This document shows, piece after piece, positions 25,883-40,652 of a stretch of 64,000 nt of DNA. Location of the stretch: the NCBI GenBank assembly GCA_051294905.1, contig CM119371.1:38442001-38506000 (forward strand), in the 5' to 3' direction. The notes under the pieces are model-generated. The model ran no database searches and had not been told where the DNA came from. It was given only the letters and a program-made list of their open reading frames with translations. The stretch is from Botryllus schlosseri. Its lineage: Eukaryota. Every line of letters begins with the position of its first letter. Position 1 is the first letter of the stretch. The position numbers were made by a program, and so were the translations under genes.

Positions 25883-28783
25883 CAGTGGTTCTCCACCGGG
25901 GGTCCACGAGACCTCTAAATTTTCATCAACATGGGTGATAACCTAATTTTAATTTATTTTCAATTTTGGAAAACATGAGGCAGTTTCGCATCACAACTGC
26001 TAAAACCTCATGACTCACATGATCATTAGGGTTGTCCAAAATTTGGAAAATCTTACAAATCCTATGTTGTAATGTCTTATTCTATAGATTATTGATAAAA
26101 AACGACAATGGGCGTAAAAGAAGCTCACAGGAAGGCCGTTTAGATTTCGTGCAAAGCGTTTGAAAGTAGCTGCCGAAGAATGGGCGTGCCACCAACCATA
26201 GAACGGCGAGAAGACTAGTAATCAAGAAACCACGGCCTTGGATTGGCTAATCGGCTATGCTTCAATGACCACGACAGCAGCAGCTAGCTGATTAGGTGAT
26301 CAAGAGTCTGCTACCGGCGGCGATTGTGAAAGCGCATTGTATGTAGGTTGTCAGATAATGATTTAGGATTGATTCAGGGTATGTTGAGGTACGAAATACA
26401 TGATGAACAAACAACTGCAGCTTCACACAAACGTCTAAAGCATGACCGCTTTATTGTGAAGGAAACCGCCGCAGCCTAAATGCCTTATTTTCAACGAGGG
26501 AAAGCATAGGCGCTTATGCAAGTGCCGACGGATTCCTAGTTTCAGAAAGGATATATCATCATTGAATGCAAAAATAAAGCTTAGCAACGACACTATAATT
26601 TGTGTGATCTTATTGGGCTCAGGTTGTTGTACATAGTTTAAGTTTTCAATGCTCCAAGGATCGGCTGAATCAGCGGGTTATGTTTGGCACTTATCAGATG
26701 CTCACATCAAATTGTTTTCACTTGCAAGTGTTGTCAAAGTCCTTAATGATGATGCAGAAAAGAGGTGTAAAAGTAAGCACATACTATGCTGGATATGATA
26801 TGCCAATGATATGGCAAAGTCCTTGATTATCGTGCAGAAAAGGGGGTAAAAGTAAGCACAGAAAGAGCTGCATAGTGCATAGTATCCAGCATAGTTTGTA
26901 TATAACATCAAGCATAGTCTGTGCTTACATTTACACCTCGTTTCTGCGGCATCATTAGGTACTTTGAAAACAGTTACAAGTGAATTCAATTTGCTGTAAA
27001 CATCTGATAAGTGCCAAGCCTAACCGTCTGATTCAGCCGATTCCAAGAGCATTCAAAACTTCAACTATGTACTACAACCTGAGCCCAATAAGATCACACA
27101 AATTATAGTGTCGTTGCTAAGCTTTATATTTTGTATTCAATCATGATTATCCTTTCTGAAACTAGGAATCCGCCGCCACTTGCATAAGCGCCTATGCTTT
27201 CCCTCGTTGAAAACAAGGCATATACGCTACGGCGGTTTCCTTCACAATGAAGCGGTCATGCTTTAGACGTTTTTGTGAAGCTGCAGTTGTTTGTTCATCA
27301 TCTATTTCGTACCTCAACATACCCTGAATCAATCCTAAATCATTATCTGTCAACCTAAATACAATGCGATTTCAGAATCGCCGCCGGTAGCGGACTCCTT
27401 GATCACCTGATCAGCAAGATGCTGCTGCCGTATTCATTGAAGCATAGCCGATTAGCCAATCAAGAGCAGTGGTTTCGTGATTACTAGTCTTCTCGCCGTT
27501 CCGTGGTCGGTGGCACGCCCATTTTTCGGCAGCTACTTTCAAACGTTTTGCACGAAATCTAAACGGCCTTCCTGGGAGTTTCTTTTAGGCCTAGTGTCGT
27601 TTTTTATCAATAATCTATAGAATAAGATGTTACAACGGAGGATTTGCAAGATTTTCCAAATTTTGGACAACCCTAATGATCATACTAATCGTCCGGCATG
27701 AAACATCCTACCGCGCAAATTCATTCTAATTGCTAAATTATCAATAACCTACTAGTACAAACATATTGCTGTTTAGAGACGTTTTGTTGTGGTTTGTGGA
27801 AAAAATAAAAATATGGAGGTGTAGGGTCAATCAGCGTGACTTCGTAATGTTTGCAAAACCTATTCTATTTGAAGTTGTCAGTCTCATCAAATTAGCGAAC
27901 AGTCGTTTGAAATCAAACTTCTGAAGTATTTCCCCAAATTTTTCCCTATGAATAGATTGATACCTCGCCACGAAATCCATTTTATCCCGTGATATACACA
28001 ACCACTATTCCAGAATAACTTCAAGATGAGATGCTAGATAAAAATGACTATGCTGGGCGAGATATGTTCATTAGAAATATGTTTCTTCATTTTGGTGTCG
28101 TAAATGTTGCGATCACACCAAAATTATTGTCGGAAGCGTTAAGCGTTAATTGGGTTACCATATTTTGGATTAGGGAAAGGATGACACTTTAACAATTAAG
28201 AGAAATTAGTCGATGAAAACTGAAAGCAGCCGATTTCGTTATCATTGCAGAAAAAAAATGATTGGTTGACTCAATAAAAGGTCATTACTTTCGTTCGAAT
28301 GCCCATTATACACATTTTTCTCAAAATAAGTGCTGTTGACTAATAAAAAAGTCGTCGCTTGCTATCAAACCACAAATTTACTATTTAGCGTCATTCATGA
28401 TTATTTTCACTCGAATATATCCATAATCTTAGATGTAAAAGCTGTAAAGTAGGACGAATTACCAAAAGGGAGGACATTTTCAAAACCTTGAAAAGGGCTT
28501 TAATATTGGATTAGCTTCCATCTATATTTGCACTGATCGTTCATATCAAATCGAAGACCCGGATTTTCAACACACGACCACGACATCTGCATAAATTGTA
28601 TGATGTTATTCTCAAGAAAAGTCATTTTCTTGCTGTTTATCACAAGCCTACAGTTCATATTTGCACAAGACAGATGACGGTTGCACCTTAATTGAGCTAA
28701 ATTTGAACTAAACTTAAGGGGGTCCGCGAGGGTCCGTAAGGGTCAAAAAGGATTAGCGAAGCCAAAAAGGTTGAGAGCAACTG
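25883..28783 (+). mobile_element. Buster/Charlie-like non-autonomous hAT element hosting a large fold-back
   Basis: TIRs cagtggttctc / gagagcaactg; TSD tgctatac/tactatac; colinear with 45815-47575. Confidence 0.85.
26027..27675. mobile_element. 1.65-kb fold-back element (almost entirely one inverted repeat)
   Basis: Termini tagggttgtcc / ggacaacccta; 8-bp TSD atgatcat; arms about 26027-26800 and 26900-27675 are reverse complements with scattered mismatches. Confidence 0.92.
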
Positions 28784-31218
28784 TACTATACAGTAAACAT
28801 ATCCACATATATTCCGCAAACCAGCTACAAATACTTTACGAGGCAATATTCAATCGAATTAGATGGACTTATTTTAATTAATTCTTCAATTTTGCACAAT
28901 CTCACCTTGTCGATTCTAAAGCATGAAGTCCAATTATTCCCATTTAGTAATAACACAATCTCTCACTATTATATCTTGACGGGAGGTGTCAATTATTGAA
29001 TGAAATATCTATATATCTATACGGGCAGACATCCTTTTGTGTCACGCTTAGAATGAGTATTTAAATCGTTATTTAAATGTGCTGACTTCGTGAAAATGAT
29101 TTTAATGTGGCAGTCGGATTGAATGGAACGCTTTAACGTAGCAAACTTCTGTTGAACGACACTTTTGAGAATCGCGTTACGTAATAACATAATGGAATGT
29201 CCACGAAAAGGCAATAACTATGAAAATATTGGAAGCACAAAGGTCTTGACCCACACGCATCAAAACTTTACGCTACTAAACTTTAATGCTGACGATGAAA
29301 AGTTGATGTCTATCGAGTTTCGGTGCTGCGCTGAGGCGGAAGCGATCCGTTTCCGCGAACAAAGTATATTGGCCATGCTTGATGTTTTCAGAATCTAAAT
29401 AAGCATTGGTTTCGGAATACACCGATCGGAAATAAGTTTGACCTTCGTACCACAATATCCCCGCACCCAATGCAACAAGAGTATCTCTAATATTGTTATT
29501 TAGAAAGTTTTTTTTCAAATATTCACATTTACTATTATTTCGAATGTCGCCGATGTAGCTCATGTATTTTTACATCATGTCAATACTGAGAAAGGCCAGT
29601 ATCAAAGTACTTGTAATTTTGACATGTCTTTTATATTGTTTTTCTAGTTGCAACAGAGTACAACCGTAAAGCAGAACTTCTACTTTTACTTGAGTAGTAA
29701 CGCTGACTACTTCTACCCGGGATCTGCATATTTTGGCATTGCGCGAAGCAGTTTACTAAAGTAGGAGTAGTAATTCCAGTTAAAACCACTCAATATAAAC
29801 TAATAGTCCTCGAATAACTAGCGATATGTAATGTAGAAAGCTTCATCCTATTTTTGCATTTATCACGAGATTTCGAAAACGTAAAAGTTTTGAACCTGAT
29901 GTACCAGCTCTCAAGTAGTATGTTGATTGTAAGGGGTGCGATTTTTGAGATGGATCGATTGATCTACGTGCGATCTGCAATACGCGTAGCTCATCCTGTC
30001 ATGATTCACTCTGCCCCGAACAAATATTCGACATTGCGAGGTTTTCCTGATCACGTTCCGCTGTGGTGCTCATTTTCTCCCTGGAATTTGCGCGCAGGAG
30101 AAACAATTTCGCAACGGACACAGCCTCCGTTATATCAGCTAAACAAATGTGTCTTGTAACTCCAAAAATTGATATTCAATGATTCAAAAACGGATAGCCG
30201 TGAAAGTTACTGTTCGCTCAGACTGGCAGACGTTTCAAGAGGCCGTTTTTGAGTCATGTACAGTCCACGGTGGTCAAATTACTGACGTGTGAAGTGCAAA
30301 TACAAGTAGCAATTCCAAATTAAGTAAAAGGTAAGCATGCTAGGACAAGTCTTGTCCGAAAACCTCAAAACTCTCCAGTAGACGAAGAAATAGTCAGCAA
30401 TCATAACTACTTGGGGACGTAGTTCTTGAGTACTTCAAAAAGTAGAAGTACACTTCATTCCTTCGACTACCTATATAGTTGACTCGGATTGGGGGCTATT
30501 ATTGCTTACAATGGATAGAATAACATAAGTAGGATGACGTGGAGTTCCGTGTTTGGGGTTCCAAAATATTATGTTTTCTCCGTATGGAAAACACCGACAC
30601 ATCACCATATTGTTTGACGCAGAGTCGGAAAATTCCTAATCCTAATCGCCTCTAATCGTTCGAAATGAAAGTAGGTCCGGTATCACGTCAAGTATTTGTG
30701 CGTGGTGTTTGCGTAATTATATATATTTGTTATCTCCAGTAAGAAATAGAGTACAGGGCTCTATTGCATTAGTGAACTGTTTGCATGTATAATAGTTGGA
30801 TTAGGTGGTGCGCCGTACATGACTCTACCAGACAAGTACTTAACTGCGCAAACACTGACACAGCGATGACATTAGGACGCCACAATTCCATTGGCACGCT
30901 CTTGGACACATATACAGAATTTCAGTCTTCAATTGAATAATATCAAACTCGAATATTATCGGCTGACACCCGTCAGGGGTAATCGTCCAAAAGTAATATA
31001 GTGGGGAATTGAAAAGAACTTTGTACATATACAATAGTATCGTCAAGTCTGACGTCAACGGCATGGATTATCGAGGCGAAGAGATGGCTTGAACTAAATG
31101 TACTATATTTAGATTATTCACAAGTCTCTTCTGTTGGCACAAACTAATGGGTTGGTATATAGAGAATTATGCCATTGAGGTAATCTAGATTTGTACAATT
31201 TTGAGATTTACCTGCACC

Positions 31219-31661
31219 TAGGGTTGCATTTAAAACAAATGGTTGCTTGAAAAACTTTGTTTAAAACATGTTTTTATACAAAGGCCTTCTAAAAAAAATT
31301 GTTGTTTTTTCCAACTTGTAAAATTATGCCATAATTGTGTAAATAGTTTCCAAACAAACATGTTGTATGAGCCTACGGACAATTAGCACCCATTGAACCG
31401 CCGTATACGACATCGGATGGCTGGAACCCTCAAAATAATCAAATCGGTTTAACAGCTATAGTGCGTTCGAAAGCTATATTTACTCTATTTTTACAATTGT
31501 CAATGTCAATCAACCATGACGTCACAATTGAAAATTCGTTACGTCATGGCTTGAAAAGATTTAAATCAAGCTAACAAAAACAATAAAAAACAAGATTTAA
31601 ACAAGGGCCTTGTTTTAAATATGTTTGCTTTAAATTGATTTTTGTTTTAAATGCAACCCTA
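31219..31661. mobile_element. hAT-type MITE (TAGGGTTGCATTTAAAACAA TIR)
   Basis: TIRs tagggttgcatttaaaacaa / ttgttttaaatgcaacccta; TSD cctgcacc/cctgcatc; inverted truncated copy at 53092. Confidence 0.88.
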
Positions 31662-34600
31662 CCTGCATCGTTTGTGAAGATTTTGTATTGGTGACAATTT
31701 CCTTTATATTTGTTGGGTGAACCTCCTTACACATTCACTGATCGAAACATTTTTGTAGGTACCGACTTGTTCTGAACAGCCGGTTGCGCATAGCCGCTCA
31801 CTCTGGCAAAGAATAATTTTCGAGTGAAGACACTCCAATAGGTGCGAATGTATTAGGCCTGGTCTGTGATATATTTGTATCTATCATGATGTAACTAGCT
31901 CCTGAATAATATATTCACATTGAAAAGATTACAAGGCACTCGACATGGGTGATCGTAAACAGCTACTAGAGAATTCAAAAGAACATGGTAGATCAAACAC
32001 TGTGTCAAATGTGATGTCACCCGCATGAAAATTTTAATAATCGAGGCTAACATATGGCTTAAGGTCAATATAATATTCAAGGTATATTCTAAAAATAGCG
32101 CACCGCCCTTACGCTATCTGCTCGCCTTGATTATTTGAATTTTCATGCTGTTGACGTTAAATTTGGTGATACGATTGTTTATATACAATGGTCTTCTCGA
32201 TTCTCTTACTATAGTTGTTGACGATTACTAATGGCAAATGCTTTATTTCAATATGAATATATTATTCAGAAGCTATTGACATCATGCTGAATACATAAAC
32301 ATCGGATTCGAGGCCCAATAAATTTTCGAAATGAAAATCGCTGTCTTTTCATGACTTTTATTCTTCACAGCCACTAGCGGATGCCGTTCTGAACAACTGG
32401 TATGACTTCTCACAAAATGAGCACAGTCCAGCTATGTTTGACTAGAATTACAGAGTCCCATGTTTTATCAAAATATATTGCAATGCGGTTTTAGGGGCTG
32501 ACAGCGTAAGTCGTGGTCGTTTCGTGAGAGGAATACACCAAAAATAACCGATAGAGCAGTAAGGCTGCACTGCTAAAAGAATCCACCACGTCTGTCTCAC
32601 CACTTGGTACCAACGGCACGTGAAACCGTTGTTTGCTTTTCTATATATAACTGTGTTAATGATAATTCCCAATTCCCTCTCAATCTTTTGTAAACATTCT
32701 CTATACATGGAGCTTTCGATATCGCCCAGAAAAGCGCGTATTACTCTAGAGTTCCAGGAGATTTATTATTAAACGACCGGAGAACGTACCCTTTATTTCC
32801 GTAATACATTTTGGTGAATTGCGAACACCTATGCGTCCGTGAATCATGCGCAAAATACTCGCAACGTCGTTATATAACGAAAGTTTCTTAGAACTAGCGT
32901 ATTTGTGTATCTTTATTGGTAGCAGCGTTTGTTATACCTAAGGAATGTTTTCAAACGACTTTTGTCCCATGAAACTTTAAAATAATTACTTGCGATTGAC
33001 AGCAGTTCATTCATTCTTTCATTCATTCATTCATTGACAACAACTCATTCTTGGTTGTTGATGTACAACGTCCATTCTTTAATAGTTGCTAACGATTACT
33101 CGGTACGAGTAACCACCGAATTTAATTGGATTTACTTCAATAATAATCTAGCCTATTATGCAATTGTAAATCCGTCCATATCAAGGTCATGAGTTCGGGA
33201 TGCCAGTGTGGTACTTATCTAGGCGAAAGTTTGCCATAATAACCATGAACGTCCTACCGCAATAACTATAATAGAAAGCTACAGCACATAAAAGGTCGGT
33301 ACCTGGTAAATACTCCATGATATTACATAACATCTAAACCCTAATTTTGTTGTTTTGATTTTATGGTGTTTCCGCTAGGATGCAATGCATTCCATGCCAC
33401 AACGGGCCCCTTCATTGGATAATGAATCTTATCTACTGCGAGACCCAGTCGCAGGCTCTTTTCTTCAGAAACGAATAATTTTCCGGTGTACTCAATTAGG
33501 TATCACGTGATTACATGATGTATATACTACTTCTAATTTTTTGGCAAACCTACGTACTTTTTAGTAGTTGGATTTTTATGAAATGGGCGAGTAGTCTGGA
33601 CTAAGTGCGCATCAATTGTATTAGTGAAATTGTGTCATAGGAACAGCGTGATATAGCCCGTGTATCACCGTAATTGAGAAGAGGGTCGAAGATTCCAGTT
33701 ATATGTAGTGTCATCAGTCATTTTGCGGTAGTCACAAGACACATCTCGCAATTTATAAAGTAGATAACCTTGATTACCTGCTAAAAGTATGCGCCCAATC
33801 CAACGTATTAGATTTATGAAGTTACTTGCTTGAGTAGCCGACAAAATTGCTATTTCTACTTGTAATTGAGGTGATATTTACGTTACTATACGTGTGTACG
33901 TCTACCTCAGTAGCAATTATGGCTACTTTGATTAACTCCTAGCGAGAGTGGCGATGAGAAAGTGCTAATCAATCTGCTGTGTGGGGTACAGTTGTTGGAC
34001 AAAGTATGTGCGCCAAACCACGCAGATACTTATCGCGATGCAATCACTTCTCAGTCTTTTTGGACATACTACCTGCAGGAAGTTGATACATGTTTACGTA
34101 TAAAGTTTACTTTATAATCAATTTCAACGATACACATCTCTGCGGTTTACTGTTTTTTTTTAAGTACCTGGAAATTCTCACATGGTCGTGACGCCTATAT
34201 AACCATGGAAATATTGTGTTTCTCTCGAATTGCGTCACAAGCGGCGATAACTTGCATGTAATTCATGTCACGGGTTAATGCGTTGTGGAAGTCAACGTCC
34301 TCGAGACAGTGCCGTCGCGACACCCAAAAAACTTCAATATCCAAATAATGTCACGTGGCAGGAGTTCGTAACGCAGTTTATGGTGAGATTTGCACGCCTT
34401 GCAAGACTGTTGGTAAAGTAAAATAGATGCTGTCTTGAGAAGCGAATCCGGACCTTCAAAACTGTTACCATACCTTAGATCAGTGCTCTTCTACGTTTTG
34501 CAGGATAGCATACCCCTTTAACGTTAGCACAGAAGTTATAAACCCCAGTGAAGGAGTAATGTCTAACATTGACCAAAATTACCATGTATATACGGGGAGA

Positions 34601-37119
34601 TGATTACTAAAAATAATGTCATCACTTCCAGCCCAGTATACCAACATGTAGCCAGTGCACAAGTTGCATTGAGTCCTATTACTTGTAGATCACCACACAG
34701 AAGTCGTGCACCCTCTGAAAATTCTTGCAAAATGTGTGGTGTATGATGCACCCGGTTAAAGAGAACTGCGTTATATCATCTTGTTTTATTTTCTTGAAGG
34801 CAGTGCTATGCGCTGGGTAATTCCACGTAATGTCTTGGTAATTATAGTTCTTCTAATTTCGCGATACTGTTTATCTGTAAATACGCAGCGGAAGTAGAAT
34901 TCTTGTGGTTCTGCGGATGCATCGTTTTCGATTGTGCAATATAGCACCGTCATATGTGCCGAATATAAATTACGCAGATGGTCAATAACTAAGCATTTCT
35001 ACTCTTTCAGAGTACTCAAAAGATTTTGCATATACCTTCTACACATACTCCCTTGGTTGCGTTTCTACATCATTATTTTCATTTCTAGTTGATCAATTTG
35101 GAATTTTAAGTGGAAATAGTTTTAGCGTAAGTTTGCATCACTTTGAAACTACTTATTAGAGTATTTGCGAGACCATGTTTTTAGTTGGCCATAGCGAGAC
35201 CCTTCATATTCTAGCCTCATTTGACGAAGTTTTTGAGATTCCTTGGGAATCACTATTTATACCTGTAATTGGAAAAAACTTTACGTTGTTCTTTTCACTT
35301 CAAGTGGAGTAGCAACACCGACCACTTCGGCCATGTCTGGTGATTGTTTTGTCTCAAGGCTTTGGAGAACAGCAATTAAAGTGAGTGATATGTAGATCTT
35401 GACTAGATAATTTCCTGGCTGCGCTACAATACCACACTAAGCAGATAGCGATATCTGATTACGGCATCCAGCCCAAAGTACTCCGAATAAGCGAGGATAT
35501 AAGACTTGCAAACTGTGCTGATATGGTTTTAGCTTGATAGTTTGCTTGCAGAACGCAAACCCCAAATCAGGGCTCGATGGCATCGTTCTCTCCTTTTCCG
35601 TATCCGAGAGAGATGACGTCGGTCGTCCGTCCGCAATCCACCATCCTCTCTCGATTCCCGTCTAAATTAGTGATGCGCTGGCACATTATGTATCGCTTCT
35701 TCTGAATTTTCATGTAAGTATGGTCCACGTGAAAGGAGTCCTGCATCAGTCAGGCCGCGGTTATGAGCCATACAATGAGTAACTTTTATAAATAGCGGCG
35801 GCGCGCTTTAATCCATTACGCATGCTGGCCAGTGGTCATTCAACAGAGATCACACGCATGCGAAATCGCCCTACATTTACCAATGTTGCTATAAATCCGT
35901 CTGTGAGCCGTCGACCTTACTCGTCTGAATATTTAGTATCGTAGCAAAGCGATGTGCATGCAAAATCGACATTTCTTCTACGTGTTCACTTATGCAGTAG
36001 GCCTATATAGATATTGAGATGGCAAAAAATTACGCGATGTCGAATATCTTACAAAAGTAGATTTTGTAGCCTACTTTAATGGGTAATGGGAAATGGCTGC
36101 TTCAGAAATTGCATTGTGCATTTTCGCGAGTAAACTAAAATAGCTTATATCACTTCAAATAGTTGCGATCCTCAAAGGCATATTCAGTTGACGTCATGCA
36201 ATAGCTATATCACTCAGTTGTTATGGAAATTTCAATCATAGAAATGACCAAAACCTATTCCAGACGACTGTCTATTTCAAGTAAGCCAACGTGAAAAAAT
36301 TAGGTCGTAATACCAAAAAAAGTGCTTGGTAGAAGAAGTTGTTTTAAAACATATCCAATTATGTATGGTAGTACAATTAGTGAAGACCTACTATAATGAA
36401 TACCGAACAGGTACAGGTTACTCATAGCCTCTGGTTTTCAATAAACTATCTTAAATGATAGGACAATGCAGTTGCCTCAGTTTCAACTTTCAACATCTAA
36501 ATTTAGGAAGCTAACAATTCAGGAATCAACAATTACACAGCAAAAGTGAACTTGAACTCATTTTGAGGTCATGACACTTACCTCCACTTTGCAATACTGC
36601 GGAAAAGCATTGTCGTATACTAGAATGCATAATCGGGAACGGATAATAATTAGGTTGCATGACAAAAACAAAAATAACATTTGTGAGTACACTCGCATTC
36701 AACCCGGTATCGAAGACAAACACTTCATTTTACTTGGGAGCTATTGCGGAAGCAATGGAACTATGAATTTGGAACTCGGAAAATTTTCCAAGATTCCATT
36801 TTCAGAGTCAAAACGAAAACAAGTCGAGTGCGTGTTTCTTTCTAGCACAAACCACAACCAAAGGCAGTAACCTTGAACCAGTCAACACTGATTCCGAGTA
36901 TACACGTGACATTCACTACTGGCGAAATCTATTTTGTGGCTTATCAAGTCAATGAGACTTGCCTCAATTATGAGCTGTTGAAATAAATGACAGCCTTTAA
37001 TCGTGGTAACGTAATAATGTGACGTGATCTATCGAGTCAGCCTTTACTGGACTATAAAATCCAGCCCAGATATTAAAATCTGGGTACTTTCCGGGATTTT
37101 GTTACCAGTTGGTTGAATT

Positions 37120-37708
37120 ATAGAAATTAAACATGGAACGGCAACGACCTATTTTGCAGCTTCGTTCCGCTTCGCTGAGGCTGGAGTGGAGAATTGTTTT
37201 GCGTAAGCGACTGTAGGATTTCTGGCAATCCAAAATCTATTTTCCCGAGCGCAGAAATTACTGAATCTGGTCTTGATCGAAAGCTACTGTTGCACCGATT
37301 CCAAAAATCATAAATTAAAATATAATCGGGCACTAATCCACCTAGAATACGCCCTCCAATTCTGAAATATCGGCATTGTTCAGAACAATCGTGTCACCGC
37401 AACACAATGGCCATAACAATGACCCGTTGCAACTCTGCGATTGTTCGAACAATGTCGATATTTCAGACTTGGAGGGCGGATTCTAGGTGGATCAGTGCCT
37501 GATCATTATTTTAATTTATATTTTCGGAATCGGTGCAATAGTAGCTTTCGATCAAGACCAGATTCAATAATTTCTGCGCTCGGAGAGATAGCTTTTGGAT
37601 TGCCAGAAATTCTACAGTCGCTTACGCAAAACAATTCTCCACTCCAGCCTCGGCGAAGCGGAACGAAGCTGCAAAATCGGTCGTTGCCGTTCCATGTTTA
37701 ATTTCTAT
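37120..37708. mobile_element. 590-bp fold-back element with ~270-bp TIRs (Mutator/Foldback-like)
   Basis: atagaaattaaacatggaacggcaacgacc... is the reverse complement of ...ggtcgttgccgttccatgtttaatttctat; flanks ggttgaatt/agttgaatt (9 bp, 1 mismatch). Confidence 0.88.
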
Positions 37709-39412
37709 AGTTGAATTGTTCCAGCAAACATTTATGATAGTGCATATCGGGCTGTTCTTAAATAGCTGCACCATTTACCGGCTATATACTCTGGTGCTAA
37801 GAATAATATATGACAGAGGTGTTCAAAGTAATCCGCGGTACTATTCGAGTGGAAGTATAAGTGACGTCTTAAATCTCCGCTGAACTACAATAAGAAGTAG
37901 CAATTTCCAAGACAAACCACACCAATTAGGAGTAGAATATAAGTATGATGATCTGAAAAATACTCTGTTATGCAGTTTTTAAAAGTATAGAGTAGGTGGA
38001 TGGGTCGCAAATTCGGAGCAGTTAATTGGACGTATAAACATTTGAAATTGGAGGGTGCTTCTGCACAGCGACCATAATGAAACTAATGAAACTATAAAGA
38101 TAGGTGCGAGTGCAATTGTAAAACATATACTCCGTATTCGTGAGACAGGGGCTATTTTCCCCAGTTGTCGTGAGGATTTCACTCATAACTGTGAAACAGG
38201 CATATAAAAAAGCTACTTTTTACTTTATAATATCCAAAGAGTATAAATAATGTAGGTTAGCCCAAAGAACTGCGGAGTAGAAGTGGAACTAGTCTCGAAT
38301 ACAACCACTTGGGTGAGTAGTAAAATGGCGAAATCCACTCGGACACTCGTAGAACATGCTAGCACTTCGTGGCTGACCACCCCGTCAATACAGCCAAGGA
38401 ATGAAATGACAAGTATTCAGCTTTTAAGCTCTTTTCTTGGATAACTGTGAAGGAGAATGTTTCCGATACAGATAAGATCACAGAATAAAACCATACAACA
38501 TATATAGTGCTGCATTCGTGTGTCTTATCAGCTACATCGTGACACCAACATCAGATATCATTTACGCCAACACACCCGGGGAGTACGCAACACGAGATAC
38601 GCGTTTCACGCGTGCCGCTACTCTCCGCTAAATATCACATCAGCACCTGTACATCAAATCACACCTGTATTGAATTTTATGGAGTGGCGCATTTGCGGGT
38701 GTAATACACAGCTTATATGTACTTATCGTGACTGGCAATCGGGTCATGAACTTCTGTAACGGAGGTATCTGGTAACCAAATTCAATTATTATGTACAATG
38801 ACATGGATTTCCAACAGTCATTAAATGTCAGACATAAATAAATGTACCCACCGACACAAACTATTCATGAATTCGTCCAATAAATAATGGATCATGCAAA
38901 GATCTCTGATTCGTTTTTTAATCGTGCGGTCCTGGGTACAACGCACAAAAATGCGGAACAAATGTGTCGCAAAGTGTCGAAGTACGTTATTGATATCGAA
39001 CGAGGATTATCGTTCAAAAATAGCGCCGATCAGATGTAGCGGTGATAACTTCCTATATTTATAATATCTCTGCGTCCTGCACTTCTGCGTGTGGCCTCAA
39101 AATTACTTTGAAGCAAGTTTAGACAAAGAATTACGCGGAATGAGGTCGTAAAAGTGTTTTGGATCATTCGGATCATGTTTTCCCGTTATACTGGGCATTA
39201 TGTGACGACGAGATAAAGATCTGCAACTTCAATGTAGCAGTAAAGTTCCAGCAACGTAAAATTTCACCATACATACTCTCGTATTCATTCATTTGTAATC
39301 AAAACCTATTACGCCATATCAAACCCAGCCCCGATCAATAAATAACAGATCAACGGTTCGTTTACGTCTTATCGAAACCGCGATACATTCACAAATTCGT
39401 AACTCACTAGAG

Positions 39413-40652
39413 CAGCGATTCTCAATCTTTTTGGACATGCGCCCCCCTTGGGGATGGTCGAAAATATTGCGCCCCCTGACCCTCCCCCCTACACTTTTCG
39501 TCATGTCTAAAAGAGCACATCATCTAATACAGAGGTAGGCAACCTTTTTGCTAAGCACGGCCCATTTCGATTACTTATGTAGCCCAAAGCCGCATTCCAG
39601 GGCATAGCCGTAATGAACTAACTTGACGCGAAATACCTAATCTGTCCAGATCCAGATCCATTGCCGGTGAACTCCGGAGTCCGGACTATTATACTTTTAA
39701 CAAAAGCCTTTTGTACGTACTGAAATCGCGAGTCGCAATGTTATGAATAGATGCTGGGATTGTTTGTTGTCGCGTCGAGCGCGAAAATTTTTCAGATTCA
39801 CGAATGAATTCCGTAATTAATAGTAGCAGTATCACATATTATTATCAAATATTTATCATCTTTTAGCCCATGTGATCAGATACACCGGTAGGGTTCATTG
39901 AGGGAGTGCTTTTGAAAATTTAGGGCAAGTTATAAATGATAATGCATCTTCGGGTGGGCCAAATGTTATTAGTCACTTGGTTGCATGCTGTTATTCCTTG
40001 ACCCCCGATCAGGATTGTCGATTGTATCGGTAGTGGAAATATATTACAATCGTTCAAATGTACCATAAACAAATTTCTTTCGTGAGGAACACACGATTCC
40101 GGCTCAGAGTGAGAAGGGCGCTACTATATTAAAATCGAAAAATCAAGGTATGCTGAATTGCGCGGAGTGTGAAGAAAATTTCAAGATTAATTAAAATCTC
40201 TCAAAAAGTGACTGAATTCGTAATTTCAATTTGCATGTCCACGGATGCCAACACAGACTAATTGAATTAGGTGTCGACGGTCGCACAAATTCCCATCTAC
40301 AGCAACAGGTTGCCCTTCGCTGATCTAATAGTATAGATATGGTATGTCTTATGCCCAGTTTGAATCCGCATTCCAGTTGTTGAGTCTTTAACATTTCTGA
40401 CAAATTTCCCCAAACTTGTGGGAATTGCTCCAAATTTTCAAAGAATATCAAAAATTTGCTCAAATGAAGCTGAAATCAGCCTATACTCCGTTGAGCGCGA
40501 CTGCTGGAGTTAGAATTTGGCGAGATTTCTTGAATATGAAATAAGTTTCATCTTTAACAATCGTCTTCTCAGAATGATTGTGAAGCACATTCTTAGTCAG
40601 AATTCATACAGACGTGGTCAATTTCTCGCGCCCCCCACGTTGAGAACCCCTG
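39413..40652. mobile_element. hAT-type MITE (CAG..TTCTCAA TIR) with nested element
   Basis: cagcgattctcaa / ttgagaacccctg; TSD cactagag/gactagag. Confidence 0.8.
39530..40322. mobile_element. Nested hAT-type MITE
   Basis: cagaggtaggcaacct / aggttgcccttcgctg; perfect TSD atctaata; colinear with 43150-43968. Confidence 0.88.

Noticed and set aside
37127..37701. Two ORFs (37127-37333 minus, 37441-37701 plus) with nearly identical peptides, suggesting a duplicated gene
   Set aside because: They are the two arms of one fold-back element; the identity is a by-product of the inverted repeat
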